This document shows, in pieces, positions 1 to 9,312 of a stretch of DNA of 64,000 nt (within the stretch, counting starts at the first letter, position 1; each line of letters starts with the position of its first letter). The stretch is from contig CAMOSQ010000001.1 of NCBI GenBank assembly GCA_946624985.1, positions 12,733-76,732 of the forward strand, in the 5' to 3' direction. The position numbers were made by a program, and so were the translations under genes. Origin of the DNA: an uncultured Bacillales bacterium. Lineage in GTDB: Bacteria > Bacillota_I > Bacilli_A > RF39 > UBA660. The notes under the pieces were generated by a model. It had not been told where the DNA came from. It saw only the letters and a list, made by a program, of their open reading frames with translations, and did no database searches.

Positions 1-1040
1 ATACTTCTAAAGCTAATTGGTGCCATTGTACCAATTGAGCCAATATTATGGTGGTCTACAATTTCAACTATTTCTGCTTCTTGTAGTCCATCTACACTTT
101 GATCATATTCGTTATGGTCTACTAGCATTACTTGTTTTCTATTTTGATTTGTTGTATCTTTTAGTTCTACATTTCCAATGAATTTATTCTTTTTGTCTAC
201 TATTGGGAAGTAGCTATATTTTGTTTTGTTTGCTAGAACTATAAATTCACTTACTAAGTCATCAACGGTCACTGTAACAATACCTTCTTTAATAGCGATT
301 TGTATTGCGTAGTTACTTAGTGAAATCATTTTTGATGCTTCATATGTATGGAAGTTTGTTTTAATTACGTTTACTTTGTTTTCTTTAGCAAGTTTTAATA
401 GTTCTTTAGGTAGTTCATGTCCACCTGTAATTATTAATAGTTTTGCGTGATTTTTAATTGCGTGTTCTGTAATTTTGTATCTATCTCCAACAAGTACTAT
501 TGTTTCTTCATTTACTTTTATATTTTCAATAAATGTTTCGCTTTTGAAAGCAGCTATGTTTATTTTTCCATTAATTACTTCGTCAAATTTTAATACTTTT
601 TCTGCTTCTAATGTTTCTAGAATATTATCGTATGATGCGTTTAGATTTTTTGAGTCTCCTGAAATCATATATTTTGCGATATGTTTCATTGCGATTATTC
701 CTTCAACATTGTTTTCTGGACTTAATACTGGAATATTATTTATATTGTGTTCTGTCATATAGTTGTATGCATAGTATATTGAGTTTGTGTCTTCTATATG
801 ATGTTTATTATTACAATTTAAGTCTTTTATTTGTAATTTTACATTATTCAAGTATTCTGGTTTTTCTATATTGAAGTGATTTAAAACATATTCTGTTTCA
901 TTGTTTATATTTCCTAAAACTCTTGGTGTTGTATTTTCTCCTAATTGTTGTTTTAGATATGATAGTGCGATTGCTGATGTTACAGCGTCTGTATCTGGAT
1001 TTTTATGTCCGAATACAAATATTTCGTTTGTTTTATTCAT
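1..1040 (-). CDS. ppaC: CBS-domain family II (DHH) inorganic pyrophosphatase, N-terminal ~346 aa; 3' end lies outside the window
   Basis: Absent from the ORF track because it runs off the edge. Minus-strand translation from ATG at 1040: MNKTNEIFVFGHKNPDTDAVTSAIALSYLKQ...MLVDHNEYDQS...IVEIVDHHNIGSIGT. DHH-family DxD and DHH motifs with a long insert, as in CBS-PPases. AGGAGG at 1048-1053. Confidence 0.8.
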   Translation of the reverse strand, partial: MNKTNEIFVFGHKNPDTDAVTSAIALSYLKQQLGENTTPRVLGNINNETEYVLNHFNIEKPEYLNNVKLQIKDLNCNNKHHIEDTNSIYYAYNYMTEHNINNIPVLSPENNVEGIIAMKHIAKYMISGDSKNLNASYDNILETLEAEKVLKFDEVINGKINIAAFKSETFIENIKVNEETIVLVGDRYKITEHAIKNHAKLLIITGGHELPKELLKLAKENKVNVIKTNFHTYEASKMISLSNYAIQIAIKEGIVTVTVDDLVSEFIVLANKTKYSYFPIVDKKNKFIGNVELKDTTNQNRKQVMLVDHNEYDQSVDGLQEAEIVEIVDHHNIGSIGTMAPISFRS

Positions 1041-1135
1041 TGTAATTCCTCCTACGTGATATATTATAACACATCTTTTGATTTTTGGTATAAATTTGGT
1101 AAATAAATACAAAATATTATTTAGGAGAGTGATTT

Positions 1136-1657
1136 ATGAGAGCAACAGGTGTTGTACGTAGGATTGATGATTTAGGTCGTATTGTTATTCCTAAGGAAAT
1201 TAGGCGTAATCTTCGCATTCGTGATGGTGAGTCTTTGGAGATTTTTGTTGATGGTAATAGTATTATTTTGAAGAAGTTTTCTATTATGAGAAATGTTGAT
1301 GAGTATGCTCGTACTATGGCAGATGCGTTATATTCTATTACTAAAAAAAGTATTGTTATTACTGATGGTGATAGTGTTATTGCTTGTTCTAGTAATTTAA
1401 AGGATTTACTTAATAAGTCTATTAGTGATGATATTAGTGTTTCTATTAAGCGTAGGGAGAGTATTTTAGAAAAGTATGATAAGAATCTTGTTATTACTAA
1501 TGATTATAGTATTAGCACAAAGTATGCGATGAATGCGATTGTTTCTAATGGTGATTCTGTTGGTCTTGTTATTATTTTTGGCGATGATATTAGTGATGAT
1601 GATATGAAAATTAGTGTTATTGCTTCTAAAATACTTTCAAAAGCTATTGAAGAATAG
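1136..1657 (+). CDS. spoVT: SpoVT/AbrB-family transcriptional regulator
   Basis: MRATGVVRRIDDLGRIVIPKEIRRNLRIRDGESLEIF is the AbrB/SpoVT swapped-hairpin domain. The 173-aa length with a C-terminal GAF-like half aligns along B. subtilis SpoVT. Sits upstream of metG, as abrB does in Bacillus. Confidence 0.85.
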   Translation: MRATGVVRRIDDLGRIVIPKEIRRNLRIRDGESLEIFVDGNSIILKKFSIMRNVDEYARTMADALYSITKKSIVITDGDSVIACSSNLKDLLNKSISDDISVSIKRRESILEKYDKNLVITNDYSISTKYAMNAIVSNGDSVGLVIIFGDDISDDDMKISVIASKILSKAIEE

Positions 1658-1688
1658 GATTTTAAATGTTATAATATCTTTAGTTTTT

Positions 1689-1734
1689 CAGTAGATTTTT
1701 ATATATTTTAACACATCTACTGGTGTGTTTTTTT
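1689..1734 (+). terminator. Rho-independent terminator after spoVT-like gene
   Basis: Inverted repeat cagtagat (1689-1696) / atctactg (1715-1722), followed by gtgtgttttttt. Confidence 0.5.
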
Positions 1735-1759
1735 GTATAATTATTATAGGAGGGATAGT

Positions 1760-3310
1760 ATGGAAAAATTTTATATTTCTACGGCTATAGCGTATACGTC
1801 TGGTAAACCACATATCGGAAATACTTATGAGATTGTTTTAGCGGATGTTATTGCGCGTTATAAGAGATTACTTGGATATGATGTTTATTTTCAAACTGGA
1901 ACTGATGAGCATGGTATTAAAATTGAGGAGAAGGCTAAGGCTGCAGGCGTTGAGCCACAAAAGTTTGTTGATGATGTTTCTTTAGAGATTCGTCGTATTT
2001 ATGATATTATGAATGCTAGTTATGATAAGTTTGTTAGAACTACTAATCCTAGTCATGAGGCAATTGTAGCTGATATATTTAAGAAGTTATATGATCAAGG
2101 TGATATTTATTTAGGTAAGTATGAGGGTCTTTATTGTACTCCTTGTGAGTCATTTTTTACTGAGTCTCAATTAGTTGATGGAAAGTGTCCAGATTGTGGT
2201 AGAGAGGTTCACAGTGCTTCTGAAGAGGCTTATTTCTTGAAGATGGATAAGTATGCGAAGAGGTTAGAGGATTATATTATGTCTCATCCTGATTTTATTC
2301 AACCTGAGAGTAGAAAGAATGAGATGTTAAATAATTTTATTAGGCCAGGACTTCAAGATTTATGTGTTAGTCGTACTAGTTTTAAGTGGGGTATTCCTGT
2401 ATCATTTAACGACAAGCATGTTATTTATGTTTGGATTGATGCTTTAAGCAATTATATTACCTTTTTAGGTTATGGAATAAATGGTTCTAGTGATGAGTTT
2501 AAGAAGTATTGGCCTTGTGATTTACATTTAATTGGCAAGGATATTTTAAGATTTCATACTATTTATTGGCCTATTATTTTAATGGCTTTGGATTTACCTC
2601 TTCCTAAGAAAGTTTTTGGTCATCCATGGATGTTATTTGGTAATGATAAGATGAGTAAGAGTAAGGGTAATATTGTATATGCGGATGATTTGGTTGATAA
2701 GTTTGGTGTAGATGCTGTTAGATATTATATGGTTCATGAGATGCCTTTTAGTAATGATGGAACATTTACTTATGAATTATTGATCGATAGGGTTAATAGT
2801 GATCTAGCTAATATTTTAGGTAATTTAGTTAATAGAACTATTAGTATGTCTAAGAAGTATTTTGGTGGTGTTGTTGTTGAACCTATTGAATATAATGATA
2901 CTGATAAGGAATTGATTGATTATGTATTATCTGTTCCTAGTCTTGTTGATTCTAAGATGGAAGAGTTGAAGGTCAGTGAAGCAATTGATGTTATATTTGA
3001 AATATTTAAGAAATGTAATAAGTATATTGATGAAACTACTCCTTGGATTTTGGCTAAGGATGATGAGAATAAACCAAGACTTTCTACTGTAATGTATGTA
3101 TTATTAGAGGCAATTCGTCATGGTGCGGTTTTATTACAGGCTGTTTTACCTGAAACTAGTGATAAGATATTTAAACAATTAAATACTGAAAATAGATATT
3201 ATGATAGTTTGAAGTCTTTTGATGGGCTTGATTTTGGTATTTTATTGAATGATCCTGAACCTTTATTTGTACGTATTGATAAGGATGCAGTTTTAGAGGA
3301 ACTTAAGTAG
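1760..3310 (+). CDS. metG: Methionine--tRNA ligase (short form, no C-terminal tRNA-binding domain)
   Basis: MEKFYISTAIAYTSGKPHIGN (HIGH motif), KMSKS present, Zn knuckle CTPCE...CPDCG. ATG 1760 preceded by GGAGGG; the ORF-track start 1733 is a TTG extension. Confidence 0.95.
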   Translation: MEKFYISTAIAYTSGKPHIGNTYEIVLADVIARYKRLLGYDVYFQTGTDEHGIKIEEKAKAAGVEPQKFVDDVSLEIRRIYDIMNASYDKFVRTTNPSHEAIVADIFKKLYDQGDIYLGKYEGLYCTPCESFFTESQLVDGKCPDCGREVHSASEEAYFLKMDKYAKRLEDYIMSHPDFIQPESRKNEMLNNFIRPGLQDLCVSRTSFKWGIPVSFNDKHVIYVWIDALSNYITFLGYGINGSSDEFKKYWPCDLHLIGKDILRFHTIYWPIILMALDLPLPKKVFGHPWMLFGNDKMSKSKGNIVYADDLVDKFGVDAVRYYMVHEMPFSNDGTFTYELLIDRVNSDLANILGNLVNRTISMSKKYFGGVVVEPIEYNDTDKELIDYVLSVPSLVDSKMEELKVSEAIDVIFEIFKKCNKYIDETTPWILAKDDENKPRLSTVMYVLLEAIRHGAVLLQAVLPETSDKIFKQLNTENRYYDSLKSFDGLDFGILLNDPEPLFVRIDKDAVLEELK

Positions 3311-3478
3311 TTCCTTTTTTGTCGAATTATTTATTAATATTGTTTTATTTGTCAATAAATGCTGTAAATTTGTGTAAATTGTTGAAATTATTTGTATAGT
3401 TTTGTTAATTTTTGTTTGTTTTCTATTGGTTATTATGGTATATTTTTATTGTTGCTGTAATAGTGAGGAGAATATTTA

Positions 3479-3640
3479 ATGTTTAAGTCTAAGGATACAA
3501 AATGTGTTATGGTTGTATTTGCAGTGATAGGTTTAATTTTAATTTGCTTAATGGTTAATAATTTTAAATTTATAGATTTTTGTTATTTTTTACTTGTTAT
3601 TTATACTGCTTGTAGATATTTAATATTAAGTAGAGAATAA
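3479..3640 (+). CDS. Small hydrophobic protein (53 aa), unknown function
   Basis: Below the ORF-track cutoff. ATG 3479 preceded by GAGGAG; translation MFKSKDTKCVMVVFAVIGLILICLMVNNFKFIDFCYFLLVIYTACRYLILSRE has two predicted TM helices. Fills an otherwise empty 330-bp gap. Confidence 0.35.
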   Translation: MFKSKDTKCVMVVFAVIGLILICLMVNNFKFIDFCYFLLVIYTACRYLILSRE

Positions 3641-3654
3641 TATTGGAGGTTATT

Positions 3655-4401
3655 ATGGTTGATACTCATTGTCATATATTTCTTGAAGATTATCCTGATA
3701 TTGATGCTGTAATAAAAAAAATGGAGGATAATATAATTATTGTGAGTGGAGTTGATAATGCTTCTAATAAGGAGGTTATTGAACTTTGTTCTCGGTATTC
3801 TAATGTTTATGGAACTTTGGGTATTCATCCTGAGTCTGCTTCTTTAAGTTATGATTTAGATTTTGTTTCTAGTCATATTAATGATCCTAAGATTGTTGCG
3901 GTTGGTGAAATTGGTCTTGATTATTATTATACAAAGGATAATCGTGAGGCTCAGATAGATTTATTTTGTAAACAAATTGAGATTGCGATTTCTAATAATA
4001 AACCTATTGTTGTTCATAGTAGGGACGCAATAAGTGATACTTATGATATTATTAAAAAGTATAATATTGGTAGTAAGACAGATATCCATTGTTTTTCGTC
4101 TTCTTTGGAGATGGCTAGGGAGTTTATTAAGTTAGGATGTAAATTAGGTATTGGTGGAGTTCTTACTTTTAAGAATTCATCTAAATTAAAAGAGGTTGTA
4201 AAAGGAATAGATATTTGTAATTTACTTTTGGAAACTGATAGTCCATATATGACGCCTGTTCCTTTTAGGGGAAAGAGAAATGAGCCTTATAATATTAAGT
4301 ATGTTGCTCGTGTTATTTCTGATATAAAGGGTATTCCTTTTGATGATGTACTAAAAATTACCAGTGAAAATGCGTATAAATTGTTTGATTTTAATAAGTA
4401 G
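3655..4401 (+). CDS. tatD: TatD-family metal-dependent DNase/hydrolase
   Basis: MVDTHCHI... GIHP... GEIGLDYYY... HSRDA... ETDSPYMTP motifs. GGAGG upstream of ATG 3655. Follows metG as yabD does in B. subtilis. Confidence 0.9.
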   Translation: MVDTHCHIFLEDYPDIDAVIKKMEDNIIIVSGVDNASNKEVIELCSRYSNVYGTLGIHPESASLSYDLDFVSSHINDPKIVAVGEIGLDYYYTKDNREAQIDLFCKQIEIAISNNKPIVVHSRDAISDTYDIIKKYNIGSKTDIHCFSSSLEMAREFIKLGCKLGIGGVLTFKNSSKLKEVVKGIDICNLLLETDSPYMTPVPFRGKRNEPYNIKYVARVISDIKGIPFDDVLKITSENAYKLFDFNK

Positions 4402-4443
4402 TTGATGTATGATATTCGTGTTTCATTTTTGAAGAGGTGAAAT

Positions 4444-5118
4444 ATGAAATTTATAAGAACTTATTTAATTATTCTTTTTGCATTTTTTTTGTTTGTATTT
4501 TTAATTGTTAATGATAGTGATAGTGTTATTAGTGTTTATAATGATGATTTTTCTAAGTCTACAAATATTTCTCTTGTTATGAATCATTATAATACGGATT
4601 ATGTATATAATGATAAAGTAGAAGAAGGAAGTTCTAAAATTATTCGTAGTGGTGTAGATGGTTATTCTGTTTTAGGTGGAAATGTTATTGTTTCTCCTAT
4701 TAATGAGATTGTTGAAATTGGTACTGGAAAGATTGATGTGTTGTTTGGTTCTACTACAGGATATGGAGCTGATTGTGTAGGGTGTAGTGGTACTGTTTCT
4801 TGTTCTACCTTAGATGGTATTTCTCATAATTTAATTAGTGACGGTATTTATTATAATGATTCTAAGTATGGTAGTGTTAGAATTGTTGCGGCTGATAATA
4901 GTAAGTTTCCATGTGGTACTATAATGTCAATTGATAATGGTAATATGGATCCTTTTATGGCTATTGTTATGGATACTGGTTCTGCTATGAGAAATGCATG
5001 GAAAAATGGTAATATTTTGATTGATATTGCTTTTAGTTATGAGAATTCTAATGGTATTAATTATGCTACTGATAAAAGTGGAAATGTTAAATTTGAAGTA
5101 TATAGGACTGGGTGGTAG
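4444..5118 (+). CDS. Membrane-anchored G5 + 3D domain protein (YabE-like cell-wall-associated protein)
   Basis: N-terminal TM. G5-like segment (VEEGSSKIIRSGVDGY...VEIGTGK), then 3D-domain signature (VAADNSKFPCGT...MDTGSAM...IDIAF). Same position as yabE. Confidence 0.7.
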   Translation: MKFIRTYLIILFAFFLFVFLIVNDSDSVISVYNDDFSKSTNISLVMNHYNTDYVYNDKVEEGSSKIIRSGVDGYSVLGGNVIVSPINEIVEIGTGKIDVLFGSTTGYGADCVGCSGTVSCSTLDGISHNLISDGIYYNDSKYGSVRIVAADNSKFPCGTIMSIDNGNMDPFMAIVMDTGSAMRNAWKNGNILIDIAFSYENSNGINYATDKSGNVKFEVYRTGW

Positions 5119-5178
5119 CTATATACTTTTTTTGTTGTAAATTTTTTGTTTTTATGTTATAAATAAAATGGTGATGGT

Positions 5179-5952
5179 ATGAATTTACTTTTTGCTTCTG
5201 TTTTACCTGTTGTTATTTTGGCTTTGTATATTTATAATAAGGATAAGGACAAAGAACCAATTGGTCTTCTTATTAAGTTGTTTATCGGTGGAGTGGGTTC
5301 TTTATTTATTACGGTTGTTTTTTCTATGATATTGGGAAATTTTTTTCCTATAATTTTGGCTGATACTTCAACTCTTAGTTTTACTCAATTAATTTTTCAT
5401 GTTTTTTTTGGAGTTGCGTTAATTGAGGAGTTTTCTAAGTGGTTGATTTTGTATCATACTTCTTATAATCATTATGAATTTGATCAGGTTTTTGATATGG
5501 TTGTTTATTCTGCTTTTGTTGCTTTGGGATTTGCTTGTTTTGAAAATATTTTATATGTGTTTCAAAATGGTATGGGTACTGCTGTTATTAGAGGTTTGCT
5601 TGCTGTTCCTGGACATTTTTGTGATGGTATTTTTATGGGGTATTATTTATCTATGGCAAAGGTTGCTGATATTAATCATAATTATTCTTCTATGAGAAAG
5701 TATAAATTTCTAAGTTTATTTGTTCCTATGATGCTGCATGGTATTTATGATTTTTGTTTGTTTAGTGGTAATTTTGGTTTTATTATTATATTTTTTGTAT
5801 TTATTATTTGTTTATATATTAAGAGTTTTAAAAGAATTAAAAAGATGTCTCTTGATAATAAAAGATTAAGATATAATAATAAATATTGTCCTAATTGTGG
5901 TACTCCTGTTAGTAGTGATTATTGTACTGGTTGTGGCGCTAAGAATGAGTAA
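5179..5952 (+). CDS. prsW: PrsW-family intramembrane glutamic protease with C-terminal zinc ribbon
   Basis: Multi-TM. EEFSKW (EExxK) and HGIYDF motifs typical of PrsW. C-terminal YCPNCGTPVSSDYCTGCGAKN zinc ribbon. Confidence 0.75.
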   Translation: MNLLFASVLPVVILALYIYNKDKDKEPIGLLIKLFIGGVGSLFITVVFSMILGNFFPIILADTSTLSFTQLIFHVFFGVALIEEFSKWLILYHTSYNHYEFDQVFDMVVYSAFVALGFACFENILYVFQNGMGTAVIRGLLAVPGHFCDGIFMGYYLSMAKVADINHNYSSMRKYKFLSLFVPMMLHGIYDFCLFSGNFGFIIIFFVFIICLYIKSFKRIKKMSLDNKRLRYNNKYCPNCGTPVSSDYCTGCGAKNE

Positions 5953-5953
5953 G

Positions 5954-5984
5954 AAAAACAAGCAATTCTATTTTGCTTGTTTTT
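5954..5984. terminator. Bidirectional terminator between convergent genes
   Basis: 12-bp perfect stem aaaaacaagcaa (5954-5965) / ttgcttgttttt (5973-5984) with A-run and T-run flanks. Abuts the stop codon of the minus-strand gene. Confidence 0.6.
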
Positions 5985-6323
5985 TTATAAAGGACTATCA
6001 CTTGTTTTACATCTTTTTCCTTTTTTTGTATATACACATAATCCATAGATGTGTCCATCATCAAATCCTGATTTATATTTTATTTTTTCTATGTATGTGT
6101 CACCTTCTATTGAAAAAACTTTTTTTATAGTTTCTTTCATACCATCATTTGTCATATTATTTAATTCTGTTTTAATTATCATTTCATGCCATTGTGTATT
6201 GCTTAATGAAGTAATAATAATAATTATAAATAGTATTGGTGAAAGAATTATTAAAAAAGATTTAATTTTTTTTTCTGTTTCCTCATCTTGTGTTTTCTTC
6301 ACTTTTGAATTTTCATTTTTCAT
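5985..6323 (-). CDS. Small N-terminally membrane-anchored protein, unknown function (112 aa)
   Basis: ATG 6323 preceded by GGGAGG. MKNENSKVKKTQDEETEKKIKSFLIILSPILFIIIIITSL... has a single TM then a ~70-aa soluble domain. Convergent with prsW. Confidence 0.55.
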   Translation of the reverse strand: MKNENSKVKKTQDEETEKKIKSFLIILSPILFIIIIITSLSNTQWHEMIIKTELNNMTNDGMKETIKKVFSIEGDTYIEKIKYKSGFDDGHIYGLCVYTKKGKRCKTSDSPL

Positions 6324-6447
6324 ATATCCTCCCATACTTATTTATTTTATTTTTTTTATTATATCATTTTTCTTGCTTTTTTTCAATGATTATTTGATTA
6401 ATTTATTTTTATTTAGTATAATCTATATAGATTTTGGAGATGGTTAG

Positions 6448-7281
6448 ATGGAGTATTCACCAAAAAAGATGAATGAGATATTAAATAGTAATAGTTTTAA
6501 GTTTAAGAAGAAGTTTGGTCAAAATTTTATCGTTGACGAGAATGTTATTGATAAGATTATTTATAGTGCGGGGATTGATAAGGATACTATGGTTGTTGAG
6601 ATTGGCCCTGGAGCAGGTTCTTTAACTTATAAATTATGTAGTGTTGCTAAGAATGTTTTGTGTTATGAAATAGATGATAGTCTTCGTGATATTTTATCTA
6701 ATAATTTAGGTGGTTTTGATAATGTTATAGTTAAGTATTGTGATTTTTTGAATGCAGATGTTTGTTCTGATTTGAAGGATTATAGTTATGATAAGTTATA
6801 TGTTGTTGCGAATCTTCCTTATTATATAACTACTCCAATCATTATGAAGATTATCGAGGATAAGATTCCTGCCCAAAAGATTGTTGTGATGGTTCAAAAG
6901 GAAGTAGGAGATAGGTTTAAGGCTGTTCCTGGTAGTCGTGATTATGGTAGTTTAAGTATTTATTTGAATTATTATTTTGATGTTTATAAGCTAATGGATA
7001 TTAGCCGTAATATTTTTATTCCTAAGCCTAATGTTGATAGTATTATTGTTGAGTTTAGACGAAAAAATAATAGTTTTAATATTATTGATGAGGATTTGTT
7101 TTTTCGGCTTGTTAGGGATAGTTTTAGACAAAAGAGAAAGACTCTTAAAAATAATTTAAAGGGGTATGATTTATCTATTATTGAATCTGTATTAGGTAAG
7201 TATGGTTATGATTTAAGTGTAAGAGCAGAGAATTTATCTATTGATGTATTTGTTGATATTTCTAATAATTTGACAAGATAA
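6448..7281 (+). CDS. rsmA: 16S rRNA (adenine1518/1519-N6)-dimethyltransferase
   Basis: KKFGQNFIVD, VVEIGPGAGSLT (SAM motif I), NLPYYITTPI motifs. Confidence 0.95.
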   Translation: MEYSPKKMNEILNSNSFKFKKKFGQNFIVDENVIDKIIYSAGIDKDTMVVEIGPGAGSLTYKLCSVAKNVLCYEIDDSLRDILSNNLGGFDNVIVKYCDFLNADVCSDLKDYSYDKLYVVANLPYYITTPIIMKIIEDKIPAQKIVVMVQKEVGDRFKAVPGSRDYGSLSIYLNYYFDVYKLMDISRNIFIPKPNVDSIIVEFRRKNNSFNIIDEDLFFRLVRDSFRQKRKTLKNNLKGYDLSIIESVLGKYGYDLSVRAENLSIDVFVDISNNLTR

Positions 7282-7300
7282 GACATTATATTTATATATA

Positions 7301-8563
7301 ATGTTTTTTGGTGATATTATGTCCTTTTTTAATAGATTCATTTGGTTATTTTGTACTTCTTTTATTTTAGTTGGAGGTTTATTCTATACTTTTAAGTTTA
7401 AGGCTCTTCAGTTTAGGTTTTTATCTATTATTAAATCTGTTTTTCAGGGGAGTTCAATTGGCGTTTTAATGACTTCACTTGCTGGTCGTATTGGGGTAGG
7501 TAGTATTGCTGGAGTTAGTTTATCTATTTATATTGGTGGAGCAGGTTCTATATTTTGGATGTGGATTTCTACTTTTTTTTGTTCTATTATAACTTATATT
7601 GAGGTTGTACTAGGTGTTAAATATAGGGTTAAGGGTTATAATGGTTATTATGGAGGGCCTTCTTATTATATAAGGGATGGTCTAAATAATAGGTTTTTAG
7701 GAGGTTTATATTCTTTTTTAATTATTGTTAGTTATATTGGTTGTTTTTTGTCCATTCAGTCTAATACTATAGCTAGATCTTTGGTTAGTGTTTTTCCTTT
7801 TAGTGTCGGTTTTGTTGGTTTTTTTATATGTGGTGTTACATTCTTTTGTATTTCTGGTGGATTTAGGAAGATTGTTAATGTTAGTATGAGGTTGGTTCCT
7901 ATTATGTCACTTATTTATATTGGTTCTTCTATTGTTGTTTTATTTATGAATTATGATAGAATTGGTTTTGTATTTTTTAGTATTTTAAGGAGTGCTTTTA
8001 GTTTTAAGAGTTTCTTTAGTGGTTTTATTCCTATGTTTATTGTTGGTATTCAGCGTGGTATTTTTTCTAATGAGGCTGGAATTGGTACTAGCAGTATTGT
8101 TTGTTCTAGTAGTGATAGTTATGATTATAAGACTTTGGGATATACTCAGATGTTTGGCGTTTATGTTACAACTTTTGTTATCTGTACGGCTACTGCTATT
8201 ATTATTTTGTTTAGTGATTATGGTAGTTTGGTTTTAAGTGATATTAATGGTATTGAACTTGCTAGTTATGCTTTTAATTATCATTTTGGTAGTATTGGTA
8301 CTTATATTTTACTTATTTCTATTATTCTTTTTAGTTTTTCTACTATTATTACTGGTTATTATTATGGTGAGTCTAGTTTTAATTATTTTTTTTCTAAGTT
8401 AGATATTAAGTATGTTTATATTTTGAGGGGTGTTACATTAATTATTTTGTTTTTAGGTTGTATTGTTTCTTCTAGATTACTTTGGGATATTGTTGATATA
8501 TTGGTTGGTATTGTTGTCTTGATTAATTTGTATTCTATGTGGAAACTTAAGGATGATGTTTAG
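7301..8563 (+). CDS. Alanine/glycine:cation symporter (AGCS family)
   Basis: About 11 TM. GIFSNEAGIGTS signature of sodium:alanine symporters. The start could instead be ATG 7319. Confidence 0.8.
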   Translation: MFFGDIMSFFNRFIWLFCTSFILVGGLFYTFKFKALQFRFLSIIKSVFQGSSIGVLMTSLAGRIGVGSIAGVSLSIYIGGAGSIFWMWISTFFCSIITYIEVVLGVKYRVKGYNGYYGGPSYYIRDGLNNRFLGGLYSFLIIVSYIGCFLSIQSNTIARSLVSVFPFSVGFVGFFICGVTFFCISGGFRKIVNVSMRLVPIMSLIYIGSSIVVLFMNYDRIGFVFFSILRSAFSFKSFFSGFIPMFIVGIQRGIFSNEAGIGTSSIVCSSSDSYDYKTLGYTQMFGVYVTTFVICTATAIIILFSDYGSLVLSDINGIELASYAFNYHFGSIGTYILLISIILFSFSTIITGYYYGESSFNYFFSKLDIKYVYILRGVTLIILFLGCIVSSRLLWDIVDILVGIVVLINLYSMWKLKDDV

Positions 8564-8612
8564 TTTTATTTATTTTTTTTAATTTATGTGTTAGTATTAT
8601 TTTGGTGGTAGT

Positions 8613-9263
8613 ATGATTAATAAGAAGTGGGATGTTATTTTAGAACCTGAGTTTAAAAAGGATTATTTTAGAGATTTGGGTGTATTTGTTAAGAGTGAAT
8701 ATAAAAATAAGATATGTTATCCTAAGTACAGTGATGTTTTTAATGCTTTTAGGTTTACTGATTATGATGATGTTAAGGTTGTTATATTGGGGCAGGATCC
8801 TTATCATGGTGAAGGTGAGGCTCATGGTTTATCTTTTTCTGTTCATGATGATGTAAAACGTCCTCCATCTCTTAATAATATTTTGAAGGAACTTTATAGT
8901 GATGTTGGTGTTGTAAGAAGTGGTAATGAACTTACTGATTGGGCTAAACAGGGTGTATTACTTTTAAATAGTGTTTTAACTGTTGTTAAGGATACTCCTT
9001 TATCTCATAAGGGTAAGGGTTGGGAAATTTTTACTGACAATGTTATTCGTTATTTGAATGATAGAGAAAAGCCAATTGTTTTTATTTTGTGGGGAAGTTA
9101 TGCTAGAAGTAAGAAGGAATTTATAACTAATAAGAATCATTTTATTATTGAGAGTGCTCATCCTAGTCCACTTTCTGCTAGTCGTGGTTTTTTTGGTAGT
9201 AAGCCTTTTTCTCGTACTAATTCTTTTTTAGAGAAAAATGGTATTAGTAAGATTAATTGGTAA
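8613..9263 (+). CDS. ung: Uracil-DNA glycosylase
   Basis: VILGQDPYHG, GVLLLN, HPSPLSA motifs. Confidence 0.95.
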   Translation: MINKKWDVILEPEFKKDYFRDLGVFVKSEYKNKICYPKYSDVFNAFRFTDYDDVKVVILGQDPYHGEGEAHGLSFSVHDDVKRPPSLNNILKELYSDVGVVRSGNELTDWAKQGVLLLNSVLTVVKDTPLSHKGKGWEIFTDNVIRYLNDREKPIVFILWGSYARSKKEFITNKNHFIIESAHPSPLSASRGFFGSKPFSRTNSFLEKNGISKINW

Positions 9264-9312
9264 GTCTTGATATATTTTTGATTTTTTTGTAAAATTATTG
9301 TAGGTGGTTGTT

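Noticed and set aside
475-874. Plus-strand ORFs 475-762 and 611-874 from the ORF track
   Set aside because: They lie antisense to a well-supported minus-strand DHH/CBS pyrophosphatase gene. Their low-complexity F/I/L/S-rich translations are typical of shadow frames in AT-rich DNA.
1733-1759. 5' extensions of many ORF-track entries: 1733, 3643, 9304, 10652, 14714, 16360, 19239, 28920, 29104, 35075, 35832, 44613, 45463, 47403, 53660, 59434 and 63018
   Set aside because: These begin at TTG/GTG or upstream ATG codons without an RBS. An internal ATG/GTG with a Shine-Dalgarno sequence and an N-terminus matching the protein family was preferred, so the coordinates were adjusted in the feature list.
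1658-1759. Possible T-box riboswitch upstream of metG
   Set aside because: The ~100-nt gap is occupied by the spoVT terminator hairpin. It is too short for a T-box (about 200+ nt) and I see no T-box consensus.
5897-6447. Plus-strand ORFs 5897-6130 and 6049-6447
   Set aside because: They overlap the prsW end, a terminator, and the better-supported minus-strand gene 5985-6323 (GGGAGG RBS). The translations are poly-F/I/L.
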